64,000 bases of DNA from Octopus bimaculoides (GCF_001194135.2 NC_069002.1:36222485-36286484); one strand, 5' to 3'; shown: positions 12,476 to 25,288, numbered from the stretch's first letter. Notes: generated by a model from the letters alone, not told the origin. Made by a program: numbers and translations.

Positions 12476-14689
12476 AAAGGATTATTATTATTATTATCAT
12501 TATTATTATTATTATTGGGATCGATGTAATCAACTTATCTCCTCTGAAAAAATTTCTGGCCTTGTGCCAAAATTGGAAACCAATACTGGGATTGCTGATC
12601 CTGCAACCGTCATGAAATTCATTCTATCCAACAGACATTAGTGGAATTAAATCAATAAACCAAGAGATCGATATTAGAAGATATATTGAAATCAACAACT
12701 ACATCAGTCCCTGTTGATTTGTTGTACTATAATCATCAGAATCTTTTCAGTGTAGCATTAATATTTTTCTAACTTTCGGACAAGATTTAATGGCGGAAAT
12801 TTAATTGTCGAATAACGAATAATAATTCTCGAGTGACTGAACAGAGCTGATTAAGCCAGATTGAATAAGCTTCTAAAGTGTTACGGTCTTAACCTAAAGT
12901 ATATAATTTACTTCGACTATGTAATTGATATCTATTACTCTGTCACTTGCAATGCTTTCTAGAGCCCTTTCATTAATTTGCAACGAACCTAGGACTAAAT
13001 CCTGGTTCCCTCTCTCCTTCTCTACCCATCTCTGTTTTTCATACTGCATTACTGCGTATTTAGCCAATTAGTTCGGTGTTTGAATGCTTTCTAATTCTGA
13101 GGGTGACACTGAAACGGAAAAAAAATCATTTATTTCTGTTGTTGCTGCAACTACTTCTACTCTTGCAACCGCACCGGTGGCAGACGCTGCTACTATTAAT
13201 ACGGCTGCCCCTATTACTCTATTTCAACTGAAATTACTACTACTGCTGCTGCTGCTGCTACTTCTACTATTGCTGCTGCCAATGATGATGATGGTGACGA
13301 GGATGTCGATTACGGCTGCTATTTAGTTCGTATGGTACAACTTGGTATTGGTCTTGTAGTTTAGCTCCAATTCAACACCGTCTAAGCATTTTTCCCGTTA
13401 AAATTTTATATCACAGAGTAATTTTCAAAGAAGCCAACAGTGGGCATAGGTCAACCTGATGGTTAAAGAGAGGAAGTCTGAACCAATGTACCAATGTTGT
13501 GAATATCGTTACTACTGAAACAACACAACGCATATTTAGTCCTCATTCATATCCTGAATTGCGTCAAATTCCATTAACATTATTTTCATCAAAATTTCTA
13601 GAGATACTTGAATATATAGCATATATTCAGATAGATTAAGTGCGACAGGGTTAGCCTTTTGAATTTCAGAAAGAGCCCGTAAATTATTGTAGTTAATGTA
13701 AGTGGTTAAATATTTCTGAGAGGCATGTGATCCATTCTTCATGTAAGCCTCTCAAAGAGTCAGCATAATACGGTGTATGATAAAGCTAACACTTTGAATT
13801 TGAGGCAGATTCCATTTAGTTCCCGAGCAGTTTCCGAATTTCAACTTCACTCATTAGGTTTGAATCAGCCCTAGGTTATGGCAGAAGATATTTGTCTAAG
13901 ATCTAACGCATTATGATCGAACGTAGAACGTTACGATTCCAAAGCAAGTTTCTTAATCATTTAGACAGTCCCAGAGGCGTAGCAAGGTCAAAGAAACGAG
14001 AAGCGGGAGGCCGTTTCTCATGACGCATATACGACGAGTCACAAAATTTCCTGTTGCTAATTAAGTGACATATACACACAGATCTTTGCTAGCCAGCAAT
14101 AAGAAACTTAGCTACAGCACTGAACATTTCTGCGCTCATTCGACTACCGAAGCCAAAGTAAATTATTATGTTATTCTCGTTCTTCTGCAAATAAATTACA
14201 GATGTTTTCGTTTGTTCGCATCATTTTGAGTGTAAAATACTCGAAGGATTATGTTGTAAGGGAAATATTTACATATTCACTTAGAACAAGGACATTCATC
14301 TTTCCTACGTGTTGGCGCTATTAAGAATTGTAATCATAGTTTCCATTATCTCACTGATAAATCTCTGCCTGCGAGAGAGTGAGAGAGAAAGAGAGGGAGA
14401 TGAGGGAAATACAATAAAAATTAGAAAATGTCAGAAATCACAATATATATTGATCTTGGCTCTATCACTCGTTTGTATAATAAAAGAAAATAGAAATAAA
14501 AGGGGCCAATATGGTGAAGGTTCTACAGAGTTGATCGACTTGCTGGAAATAGCAGTGAAATCTTCCTTAATATCACACCGAACCACTTAATTTGTATCCC
14601 TTGTGATACCTAGATCATGTTTCCCAGCCGTCCGCATATCATACATGAAACACATTCCCATTTATTCGTGAACAAGCAGAATAACTTGA

Positions 14690-15050
14690 GACTGTTCCGG
14701 GTTCAGTCCTACAGCGTGGCAGCTCGGGTCAAGGGAATCCTTGAAAATGGATTTGGTATAGAAACAGAAAGAAGCCAGTCGGATATGTGTGTGTCAGTGT
14801 CCATGTGTGTGTGTGTCCATGTGTGTGTGTGTCCATGTGTGTGTGTTTTGTGTTTGCTCCCAACACACACACCACCTTACAACCGGTGTTATTGTTTACA
14901 TCCCAGTAACTTAGTGGTTTGGCAAAAGAGATCGATCTAATAAGTACCTGCCAGACCTTAAAAAAGCATTGTGCCGATTCGCTCGACTAAAATTCATGAT
15001 GCGGTGCCCCAGTATGGCTGCAGTCTGGTGACTGAAACAAGTGGAAGATT
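14690..15050 (+). mobile_element. SINE of the same family as 48785-49215, 5'-truncated
   Basis: Shared GAAAGAAGCC, GTAACTTAG, CGACTAAA and GACTGAAACAAG blocks. Confidence 0.7.
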
Positions 15051-16367
15051 AAAGATATTAGCCAGGATGTATGAAACAAAGACAAACTGAAAGTATGAGA
15101 ACAATAGTAGACGTTTAGGACAAGCTTATAAGAAAGCATTGGACAAGGAAAGGGTTGAGGAAAAAGAAAACAATCTGACCATAAGAAAATGCATTTCTTG
15201 ATGGACTATGTTTGAAGAAAATACAAAATGAGATTTATCGTAACTAGACTGTCCTTTGATTATAGAATTATTCTATTAAAAAAGACTGGTGCTTAACGAA
15301 AACTAAAAACACCACCAATAAAAACAACGAAACTATAACGACAAAACAAACGTGGGGCTTACAACAAACCAACGCTTAAAAATAAACGAAAAAATGGCTG
15401 AAATTAAAATTACATTTTTCATTCTTTTATTATGATTTGTGTATTTATTAATTCAGCAAATGAAATATGGAAAAAAAACAAAAAAAAACAAAATAAAATT
15501 ATTCATTATATTTATGTCAGAATAGCAAGTAGTGTAGTATAATGCCGTTTGTAGACAAGCCATTACTGGTTTATCTTAGAGCAAAACTCTAAGTTCGTGT
15601 TAAGAATTTTAGATACTACACGATTATCTTTTATCACTATTTCACCTTGAAGATAATCTCTCAATGAATTCCGTCGTGAAAGACGGCATTAAAGGATTAT
15701 GAAGAAGGATTAAATACGACTATATTTGTAATTAACATGCTTATTACATTTTCTTTTTTTCCTTTCCTTTCATTGGATGCAGTCATCAGATCCAAGACAA
15801 GACTGCTTTGCAGTTGCTATGATTGATGCTGTTGTTATTGTTGCTTGTTGTTGCAGTTGTCGTCTTCTTCGTTTTGCTGTTGCTCAGCTTTGAGGACATT
15901 TCCGATCGAATATATTGATAAAAGGCGATTCCAAGCTTTTATTTAGTTGTAGTAATAATGGTTGTCTCTCGAACTCCGAGAAAGGCAGTTCTGAAATGTC
16001 TTACTGAACAACCTGCACGGATGATGTGTTTCTAGCGATCAAAGGTTTATGTTGTACATTAGTCCATTCCTTCTATGATATATACGTTGCCAGAAATATG
16101 GCACAGTGTGTCACTAGCAAGATGTGGGCATGATCGCAGAGCAACGTAAGATGGGGTGTTTTTGCACAAGAACACAATGCTAAGGAAGAAATTATAAGAA
16201 AAATTTATTTTCCTTAAAGGAACAAATATTCAAAAATAAAGATCATTGTCGAATGATTGAGATAAATTTTTGCGTTTCAATAATTTTTCTATGTTTTTAC
16301 TCATTCTATAATTTGATGAACATGTAGCACTATGTAAGGCGACTCAAGAAATCTCTAGTGAAACTTT

Positions 16368-16423
16368 TTATTGATGTACCCGAAGAGACCCAGAACGGGT
16401 CGAAACATGTCTTGCACCAACAA
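16368..16423 (+). ncRNA. Degenerate hammerhead ribozyme motif
   Basis: CCGAAGA (U4C), GACCC/GGGTC 5-bp stem II, GAAAC-at-GTC; stem I imperfect (about 9 of 12 pairs). Confidence 0.45.
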
Positions 16424-16545
16424 AGTCTATTACATATTCCATCTCCTATTTCATTAATACTATATATATATATATGTATATATATTCATTTAAAATGCAG
16501 AGATGCCTATAATAGGACATCTACTCGCTAGAAATAGCAGCAAAA

Positions 16546-16809
16546 GACTATATACCACAAAAATTAGGGATAATTTCGAAAGGAAATGAAAAATAAAAAC
16601 TTTTACCAATCTATATTCTGTACCATGGTTTCAACTCGTGCTTCATATGTTGTCTGGTCATTTCTGCTGACGATAGTCCGACCTTGTAAGATATATAATC
16701 TTTATCTTACTAAAATTGGCTTGAAACCATGGTACAGAATATAGATTGGTAAAAGTTTTTATTTTTCATTTCTTTTCGAAATTATCCCTAATTTTTGTGG
16801 TATCTAGTC
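16546..16809. repeat. Long inverted repeat (89-bp arms, 86-bp spacer)
   Basis: 16546-16634 versus the reverse complement of 16721-16809 shows 2 mismatches; the right arm runs into an N gap. Confidence 0.9.
16662..16739 (+). ncRNA. Type I hammerhead ribozyme motif (U.U at 10.1/11.1)
   Basis: UUCUG-CUGACGA-(stem II with an 8-bp inner hairpin GTAAGATA/TATCTTAC)-GAAACC-au-GGUA-CAGAA; palindromic stem III ACCAUGGU. Confidence 0.6.
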
Positions 16810-16929
16810 NNNNNNNNNNNNNNNNNNNNNNNNNNNNNNNNNNNNNNNNNNNNNNNNNNNNNNNNNNNNNNNNNNNNNNNNNNNNNNNNNNNNNNNNNNN
16901 NNNNNNNNNNNNNNNNNNNNNNNNNNNNN
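16810..16929. other. Assembly gap
   Basis: Run of N. Confidence 1.
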
Positions 16930-17032
16930 ACAGTCTATTGACTGTTTTTTTACTCTCGCTAGACCACTGGTGGTAAATAAAATTTCTAAAATTTTTTTGC
17001 TACCCTATAATTTATTAATAATGATAATTAAT

Positions 17033-17066
<34 letters not shown>

Positions 17067-18312
17067 TTAGCAGAAGTAATAGTAACTCTTACTAATGCAC
17101 TTATCAACACTCGAAACTCTCGGACCTCGAGTCACTCTGTTACTTCTGCTAAATATTAATAAAAACATACATATACTCATATTTTGAATTTTATTTTTCC
17201 TGAAGTACTTCGTTTTTTTTTGTTTTTGTTTTTCTTTTGCCATCTCGTTCTCCTATTTCTGTTCTGCACTCGACTAACGTTTCGTTCTGAAACGTATGTA
17301 CCTTTAGGTCTCCACCAGCTTATTGGTCTCGCAGTGCCCAAGCGAAATAAATATATCTGTGATTATATATAAAGTAAATTTGGATTTAGTAAAATCTTGG
17401 CGCATCGTTTACGCAGAATTTCAATACGAATACGCGGTTAGCTACACATTAAGTCTGATATTTAATGTTGTGATTCCATAATATATAATTCATAGATGCG
17501 GGGAAAACCAAATAAATATCACTGACAGAATGAGTTGGTGTCTGTTTTTATAGAGGAAAATAGATGACAACCTAATCCGTAATATCAGTTTCAATCGTTT
17601 CACAAGCATTCGTATTCTGACTACGTTGTATATGAATATTTATGCGTGGGAAATAACACAAGATTTGTATAAATTATGTATTGTTCAAATGGTGAGAAAT
17701 GTCAACCACTTATTATAGTCGGTTATAATACATTGTATGCGAAAAACAACTTTCCGCTGTTTATATATCCTCAAGAACAACAACAAAAAATAATATTCCT
17801 AGTATTATTATTATCATTATTATTATTATTATTATTGCTGCTGCTATGTTTCCTGCGGAATACATCGGACGTGTTTTCGAACGCTTCAAGAAAGATTAGT
17901 GTAAAACATTTGTTTACACCAGTTTGGTAACGCCTTTTCGTTTTACATTTCGCTCCAAGTTGTTAAAAGAGATACCAGGAATCTGCTTGTCGTTTTCTGT
18001 GTTTTTTTTTTTCCCCCTTGCGAGGATATATTGGGCCCACTAATTAGGTTCGGTGGGTGTTTAATCATACACAGTTCAACAAGATGGCGGAGCGCATCTT
18101 GAAAGAGTTAAGAGAAACGTGCCCCTTCTAGAAGTCTAGTGACTGCTGAAGATTTCCCCCCACCTTTCCTCAGTTACTGAAAACAATACAAGAGAGGGGG
18201 AGCAAAAAAGGGAGGGAGAAAAGTAGAAAGTTGACCTGGCAGCAGCAGCAGCAGTGGTAACATCGACAACAGCAGAGGGAGCAGGGACAACAACAGCGGC
18301 AGTAGTCGTGGT

Positions 18313-18709
18313 GGTTGTTGTTGTTGTTGTTGGCACTCCGTCGCTTACGACGACGAGGGTTCCAGTTGATCCGATCAACGGAACAGCCTGCTCGTGAAAT
18401 TAACGTGCAAGCGGCTGAGCACTCCACAGACACGTGTACCCTTAACGTAGTTCTTGGGGATATTCAGCGTGACACAGTGTGACAAGGGTGACCCCTTTGA
18501 AACACAGGCACAACAGAAACAGGAAGTAAGAGTGAGAGAACGTTGTGGTGGAAGAGTACAGCAGGGTTCGTCACCATCCCCTGCCGGAGCCTCGTGGAGC
18601 TTTAGGTGTTTTCGGTCAATAAACACTCACAACGCCCGGTGTGGCAATCGAAACCGCGATCCTATGACCGCGAGTCTGCTGCCCTAACCACTGGGCCATT
18701 GTGCCTCCA
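18313..18709 (-). mobile_element. Full-length tRNA-derived SINE with TSD
   Basis: tRNA-like head (A box TGGCCCAGTGG, B-box-like GGTTTCGATTGCC), (CAA)n tail, TSD CAGTAGT(C/A)GTGGT at 18300-18312 and 18710-18722. Confidence 0.9.
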
Positions 18710-19236
18710 CAGTAGTAGTGGTACAACAACGCGAGAAAGAGCAACAGGAGCAGCAGCAGCAGCGGTGGAGATGACAGTAGTAGTAGTAGAGATAGCGTTT
18801 TCGTTAATAATGCAACGGATTTTAGCGGCAAAATAATCCTACAATTGAAGGCGGAGTGGAAGAAAATAGCTGTGACGCTAGCAGTGAGAGTAGCAACGGT
18901 GTAAGTGGCCACAACACCCTCATCACCACCAACATCCCCAGCAGGAGTAGTAACAACAACAACAGCAACGACGACGACAACAAAAACAAAAGGTTTGCTG
19001 ATGAAACAAACAGAAAGAGAGAAATTTTTGCCATCGCAGTCGATGCTAAAACACAGGAACAGTCAAAAGCGAAAGACATCATTAAATTTGAGTGGGGTAA
19101 GGCTGCAATTCTCGTACCTCCCGAAAAAAAAACAGAGGCAAAAGATAAGACAGTATGCTACAGATGCGTTTCACGCAAAAGATAAGGCCCTCAGAGGAAT
19201 GTTAATAGATGTGGCCTGTGGCCCATATACAGAGAG

Positions 19237-19428
19237 GGAGACAGTTTGCCAGCAATAGGTTTACTGGCATTTCGTCAGTCGTTGTGCTCTGAGTTCGAAT
19301 TCCACTGCGATCGACTTTGCCTTCATTCTTTCAGAGACGTTAAAATAAGTAACAGTTGAACACTGGGTTCAATCTCATCGACTTACACCCTCCCCCGATA
19401 ATGCTGGCCTTGTTCCAAATTTTGAAAC
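19237..19428 (+). mobile_element. Abundant SINE copy
   Basis: Core motif and (ATT)n tail. Confidence 0.75.
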
Positions 19429-19454
19429 CATTATTATTATTATTATTATTATTA

Positions 19455-19935
19455 TTGAGTGAGAGAGCAGTGCATACCAACAAAGTGACACTTGGGTAAA
19501 ATATACAAGGCCCAGTATACCCATCATGACTACCCGCCTGACAAGGGTACACCAGGCACATGCATCACAACCGTATGTGCCTGAAAGGGTGATCTCATAT
19601 CAAGATGAACAGCGCATGACGTTGTAGGTGGGTCCCAATTAGAATTTTCTTCAGGTTGAGTAGCCCATCCTGCTCAATGGTTCCCTGAATGATGTTTGTT
19701 GAAAGATGAACAAATCACCCATGTTTCCAAAGGTGAATTATTCAAACCCCAAAGAATTCCTCTCAAGACATGGCTATGATGCTCCCCCACTACTTCTGCT
19801 CATGATCAGAGATGCACATATCGTCAGCCACTAATGGACATACTCAACTAGTTAAGGTCAAACAATTGCCAAGCAAATCTGTAGTATGGAGCAGAATATT
19901 TGCTGTGGCCCATCTTTTTATACCAAAACAAAATT
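19455..19935 (-). mobile_element. Unclassified interspersed repeat (partial second copy at 21368-21505)
   Basis: Shared GCTGACGATATGTGCATCTCTGATCA.GAGCAGAAGTAGT and TTGGTATAAAAAGATG blocks. Confidence 0.6.
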
Positions 19936-21419
19936 TTGTACATGATAACACTTCCAATCAATTCAGATCAGAAGCAATGAGAGCCACTGCTTGGTATGCA
20001 TCAGGGTATCCATATAGAGCTACAGCCTGGTACTGCACCTGGGCATTATTATTATTATTATTATATATTGCACATCACTCCCATGAGATTGTTGTTTTCC
20101 ATATTGCTACATATTAGACAAATTATATATTAGACATTTGTTATTGTTACAGGGATAAAGTGACGGGGACCTTAGGGAGTTGGTTAGATTTTCTCCATCT
20201 GTAGCCCTAAGGGCAAATTGGATCTGATTTAGTAAACTCGCCCCTCAGATTTTGTTTCAAAAAGAAAGATGGTGGACGAGGATTATTCATCCGCTGTAAA
20301 GAACAGCCAGTTCTCCGCAGATCAGAACAGCCAAATTGTAAAAGTCAGAGACTGCAGTAGCAGTGACAATAACAAGTGCAACAGCACTACACTACTACTA
20401 GAAGTAGTAGTAGTAGTAGTAGTAGAAGAAGAAGTAGTAGTAGTAGAAGAAGAAGTAGTAGTAGTAGAAGAAGAAGTAGTAGTAGTAGTAGAGATCGGAA
20501 AGAGCTCATTTAATTGCCAACTATTTGTAGTGTGATGAAGAATGAATCTTCAATATTGGCGACTCCAAAAGACGAAGATTTTCGACGCCGTCGCAGTCAA
20601 AACCATGCTGAAGAGAGCCATGTTCGGAAAGAAAACAATTTGCAGACATAAGATATATATATTTACTTGATTTCCATTCCGTCACTCTATATTTATCTCC
20701 ATTTCTCAGTTTTACATTTTGTTTATTACAATTTATATCTCTTTCCTTCTCCCTTTCTCTCCCCATCTTTTAGCTTCCTGTTTTTTTTTTCTTCTTTTCT
20801 TTCACTCTCTACCTATTTCCAATATTTTAAAGTCTTCTATTTGCTTTGTTTTAAAACCTAATTAGGGTAACCTTAATACCACATTGACAAAAGAAGACGC
20901 TGCTCAGATATATTTCTTCCAAACAGAGGATCTAATTGAATTACAGAACTTAATTCGCAATGGGTAATATAGTCGTGTATTGAATATTAATGAGTGATTG
21001 AGCACACAACGACAACAACAACAATAATAATAATAGTAGTAGTAGTCGCAGCTCTCTGTGCCTAGGGTATGCGCTGTGGTTTGTTGTGGTTCTCTGTACT
21101 GAAAGTGTTTTACGTAGGATGTGCGCAGTGCCTAGTGGTGCTATTTTCTCTATTTTATATATACTTGTAAGTCCTGGTGATTTTGTTATTTATTTGTCTG
21201 AATGTTTTCTTTTTATCAAACCTAATGCGCCAACTATAATAGGAATTGTTTCTGTTTTTAGGCTCCACATTCGAGTTACCTCTATTTCCAGATGTTTGTA
21301 TTTTAAAGTTTAGAAAGCATTTTTTCTTGGTTATCTCGGACAAATAATAAAAATAATAATAATAATAATGCTGACGATATGTGCATCTCTGATCACGAGC
21401 AGAAGTAGTGGGGGAGCAG

Positions 21420-21429
21420 NNNNNNNNNN
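21420..21429. other. Assembly gap
   Basis: Run of N. Confidence 1.
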
Positions 21430-21712
21430 GGCTGACGATATGTGCATCTCTGATCACGAGCAGAAGTAGTAGGGGAACACGTTTTGTCTTGGTATAAAAA
21501 GATGTGTAGGGATTAACGGTTCAGCATGATAAAATGTTAACGATGCATAAATACGTACACAACCATACACACAGGCACCAATACACGCACATTAGCAAAC
21601 ATACACACATACATGTGGGGGGGGGGTGAATGTATGTAACAATTAATATATATATATATATATATATAAATTTAGTAAATGGAGTAAAACGCATATGTTA
21701 AATGAATTCTTT

Positions 21713-21783
21713 TATTTCCAACATGTTTCGAAGATTACAAATTATACTTTCCATAGGAATATGTATTTCTCTCCAGGGAAATA
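21713..21783 (-). ncRNA. Degenerate hammerhead ribozyme motif
   Basis: Minus strand UAUUUCC-CUGGAGA (A6G)-long stem II-GAAAC-au-GUU-GGAAAUA; perfect 7-bp stem I. Confidence 0.45.
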
Positions 21784-22070
21784 CATAGAAACCAGCTTAA
21801 CCTTAAGACATTTTATATATATATATTTGTGGCCAATAATTAACGACTTAGCATTCTAGTTTACATTTTGGTCCGGAGAAGCGAGTGTCTGTATCTCACG
21901 CTTTCGCAGTCCCTTTGTGTTCTTAGCTGAGAAAACTCAAATCCGTTATCGCGCCTAACATCACCACGTGACTGCGTTGTGTTGCAAGAGCCCAGGCCAG
22001 ATGCTTAATTTGATGATATACTTAGTCATTTCCGCCCTCAGGTACTCATACACTACATACAAACCATACC

Positions 22071-22427
22071 TCTGGAGGCGCAATGGCTCAGTGGTTAGGG
22101 CAGCGGACTCGCGGTTTCGATTCCCAGACCGGGCGTTGTGAGCGAAAACACCTTAAGCTCCACGAGGCTCCGGCAGGGGGTGGTGGCGAACCTTGTTGTA
22201 TTCTTTAATCACAACTTTCTCTCACTCTTTCTTCCTGTTTCTGTTGTGCCTGTAATTCAAAGGGTCAGCCTTGTCACACTCTATGTTACGCTGAATATCC
22301 CCGAAAACTACGTTAAGGGTACACGTGTCTGTGGAGTGCTCAGCCACTTGCACGTTAATTTCATGAGCAGGCTGTTCCGTTGATCGGATCAACTGGAACC
22401 CTCGACGTCGTAAGCGACGGAGTGCCA
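22071..22427 (+). mobile_element. Full-length tRNA-derived SINE (same family) with a perfect 12-bp TSD
   Basis: TGGCTCAGTGG head; TSD ACAAACCATACC at 22059-22070 and 22428-22439; inverted relative to 18313-18709. Confidence 0.9.
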
Positions 22428-23179
22428 ACAAACCATACCCATTGGTTTCTCCGTTTCTGACTGAACGGGTGAAAAATCGTCTGGCGTGGGATGGAGCTTG
22501 ATATTGCAAGCAAGCATCGTGACTGATCGCCAGATTTGACTGACTCGGAACCAAGTTTCAACATTTAATTTGTTGCATTGTTGTATATAATTAGATATAC
22601 ATTCATATAAACGTCGCCATTATTATCCGGGTAGATATTTTGATATGTCTTGGTCACGAAAGCCAAGCATATTAGCTTTGAATTCATTAGGTTATGGAGT
22701 ATTCAATCTAGTTCAACAAACTGATAACAGTGGGAGAGAAAGTGTATGTATGTGTGTGCGTGCTTGCATGTGTATATGTGTATGTAGTGATAGCGGAGTT
22801 GATTCGAGAAAACTACATTCAGCAACGTGACATCTCATATCACATTAATGCCATCAATCAAAGCTACTCCAAGCTATACACCACGTCTGCTTGTATTTTA
22901 CATGTTCATATTATTTCTCTGAATATAAACAATATTTATAGAAAAACTAAAAGTGGAAATAAAATGAAAAATAACAAAAAAGCAAAAAGAAAATTCAGAT
23001 AAATTGTTTAATGCGAGACATTCGATAATATTCCATTAGGTCTCAGTCTTCAATCAACGTAGCAAATTATTAGTCTTTCAGCATAATTCACCTTATATAA
23101 CCGTAAACCTTCATGAAAATTATTACTATTAACGTTAACATAATTGTTGTTGTCGCTATCACAATTTCATTATTAGTTG

Positions 23180-23390
23180 TAGCAGCCAAGTCGGCGAACT
23201 TGCAGAATCCTTAACACGTAGGAAATAAAAACAGCTTAATGGCATTTCTGAGTTCAACTTTCAATATGAGCGACTCTTTCTTACATCATTTTGAGGTCGA
23301 TGAATTAAAGTACCAGTTGAGTACTGGGGTCACTGTAAACCACTAGCCCGCTCCCACCAAAATTCAAGCCTTGTGCCTATAGTAGAAATT
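23180..23390 (+). mobile_element. Abundant SINE copy, degenerate
   Basis: Head and GTACCAGTTGAGTACTGGGGTC block. Confidence 0.7.
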
Positions 23391-23409
23391 ATTATTATTT
23401 GTTGTATTT

Positions 23410-24290
23410 CTTCAAATGTTTTGTGAAAAGGCCTTGTGCAAATTCGCAAGGGGACTTGGCATTGGCGCTGAATTAGATGAAGAATCTGAAACCCCTGTCA
23501 CCAAACGATCAAAACGGATCAAGCCGATTGCAAAAAAGAACGGACAGAAACTAATTGAGGAGCGGTGGAACCAAAAGCCCCTGCACGGACAGTATATTCT
23601 TCAAAGTCGAAATGCTGATGTAGATCGAGTAGCAACCCATCAGTGACTGACAAGTTCAGGATTGAAAGCAGAGAATGAAGGTTTTAAATTGGCGGCACAA
23701 GATTAAAACTTGCTTACCAAAAACTATAAGGCTAACGTTCTTCAAACCGGTTCTAACCTTAAATGTATATTCTGCGTCACATTCGACGAAACAAGAGACC
23801 ATTTCGTTTCGGGATGTCTTATACTGACACCAAACGAAAACAAAAATAGCCACGACAAGGTAGAACAGTATTTACAAAGGAAAATATTTAAGCACAACAA
23901 AGTCAGCATTTCTGCTTACGGGTAATGAACAGTATCCTGAGCCAATCATTGAAGGTAAAAATGTCACTATCCACTGGGATTTTCCAGTCAACACGGACAG
24001 AACGATCCAGGCTAATTGACGAGACATCATTATTAAAGACAGGGAAGGAAATACTTCTAGACTAATAGATGTAAGTTTTCCCACTGATAAACCATATCTG
24101 TAAATTGATAAGAACATGGAAATTGAAATTTAAAGAATGTGGCATCTTAAAGCAAGAACTGTTCCTGTTATTATAGGTGCTGTAGGTATGATAAAAATGG
24201 GATGTCAGAAACATCTATACAATATCCCAGGAGAACCATGTCTCAGAGAAATCCAAAAGATTGTGCTGACAAGCATTGCCCCAAAGGGTT
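23410..24290 (+). mobile_element. 3' part of an RLE-type LINE (R4/Dong-like), pseudogenised
   Basis: KPLHGQY, GLKAENEGFKLAAQD, CIFC..ET.DH..SGC zinc knuckle, SHDKV (RHD), WDFPVNTDRTIQAN-RDIII, LIDVSFP, VPVIIGAVG. Confidence 0.85.
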
Positions 24291-24311
24291 TATACACACA
24301 AATATATGCAT

Positions 24312-24359
<48 letters not shown>

Positions 24360-24444
24360 CCAGCGCGCTAACGACTCAGCCAGCTCGCTACCTTAACAAC
24401 AGCAACAACAACAATAATAGTAATATAATGGCTTCAAATGTTGG

Positions 24445-24600
24445 CACAAGATCAGCAATTTTGGTGGACGTGTGGAGTCGATTACATCGACCTCAGTGTT
24501 CAACTGGTACTTTTTCTAATCGACCCCGAAAGGATGAAAGGCAAAGTCGACCTTAACAGTATTTGAATTAAAAAATTAAAATTGGACAAAATGCCACTAA
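24445..24600 (-). mobile_element. Abundant SINE copy
   Basis: Core motif. Confidence 0.75.
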
Positions 24601-24920
24601 GAATTTTTCCCAATGTGATTATAACAACAATAACAACAATGATAATAATAATGATAACAATTAATTGGCTTCAAGGGATGCAAAAGCATTTCGGTCAACC
24701 CAAAGAGAAGGCCTGTGGGCATTTATTTAAACACGTGTAAACAATAAAAAGACGTAATCAGTCTCCTTCATTTTCTTTCCAAGCATTCTACAGATATATC
24801 TACAACCTTCTCTGGTTATTGAAGTATTCCTGGAGTGTACATTCATATATTGCTATACATACTTTGGTAAATCGAAAACTAATCGCATATGTTTTTTTGT
24901 TTTTTTTTAATCTATTCCAG

Positions 24921-24975
24921 ATGATCTTATCGCCGATGACTTGTTACAAGGTGACTACGAAGGTTTGGATAAAAG
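24921..24975 (+). CDS. Agatoxin-like precursor, coding exon 2: acidic propeptide (D)DLIADDLLQGDYEGLDK(R)
   Basis: Poly-T tract plus TTCCAG acceptor, AG|GTAAGA donor at 24976; phase 1 in and phase 2 out; the junction creates a KR dibasic site. Confidence 0.9.
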
Positions 24976-25288
24976 GTAAGAAGTATATTCGTCATGAAAT
25001 TGTGTAGGGGGAATATAATGTTGTTAATTTTATTGTTTTTTTTTCCCTTGGGAGACAAATATTCAAGGAGGTTTATCATTAAAATTTGCTGGCGGCCAAC
25101 TATAAAGGCGTTGTTGGTGGATTCAACGATGGTGTATCGAAATTTTGAACGGATCTACTTGAAAACCTATTAAATCTTCATCCAATAAGACGGGTTTTAT
25201 TTAGAAACCAGGCATTTGATAACGCACCTGTTGAATGTGTGTCATTATATATATGTGTGTGTGTGTGTGTGTGTTTGTGAGTGTGTAT

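Noticed and set aside
15394-15435. MAEIKITFFILLL, a signal-peptide-like start
   Set aside because: Stops after 13 codons and has no donor; the real signal exon is at 10428
20585-20615. CTGAAGA followed by a short hairpin and GGAAA
   Set aside because: Register is wrong for G12-A13-A14 and there is no stem I or stem III
21371-21478. Apparent tandem duplication of about 50 bp
   Set aside because: The copies flank a 10-N gap, so this is most likely a contig-overlap artefact
24794-24866. Exon-like segment (CAG| ... |GTAAAT) just upstream of coding exon 2
   Set aside because: In the phase required by exon 1 it hits TGA, and the following intron would be only 54 nt
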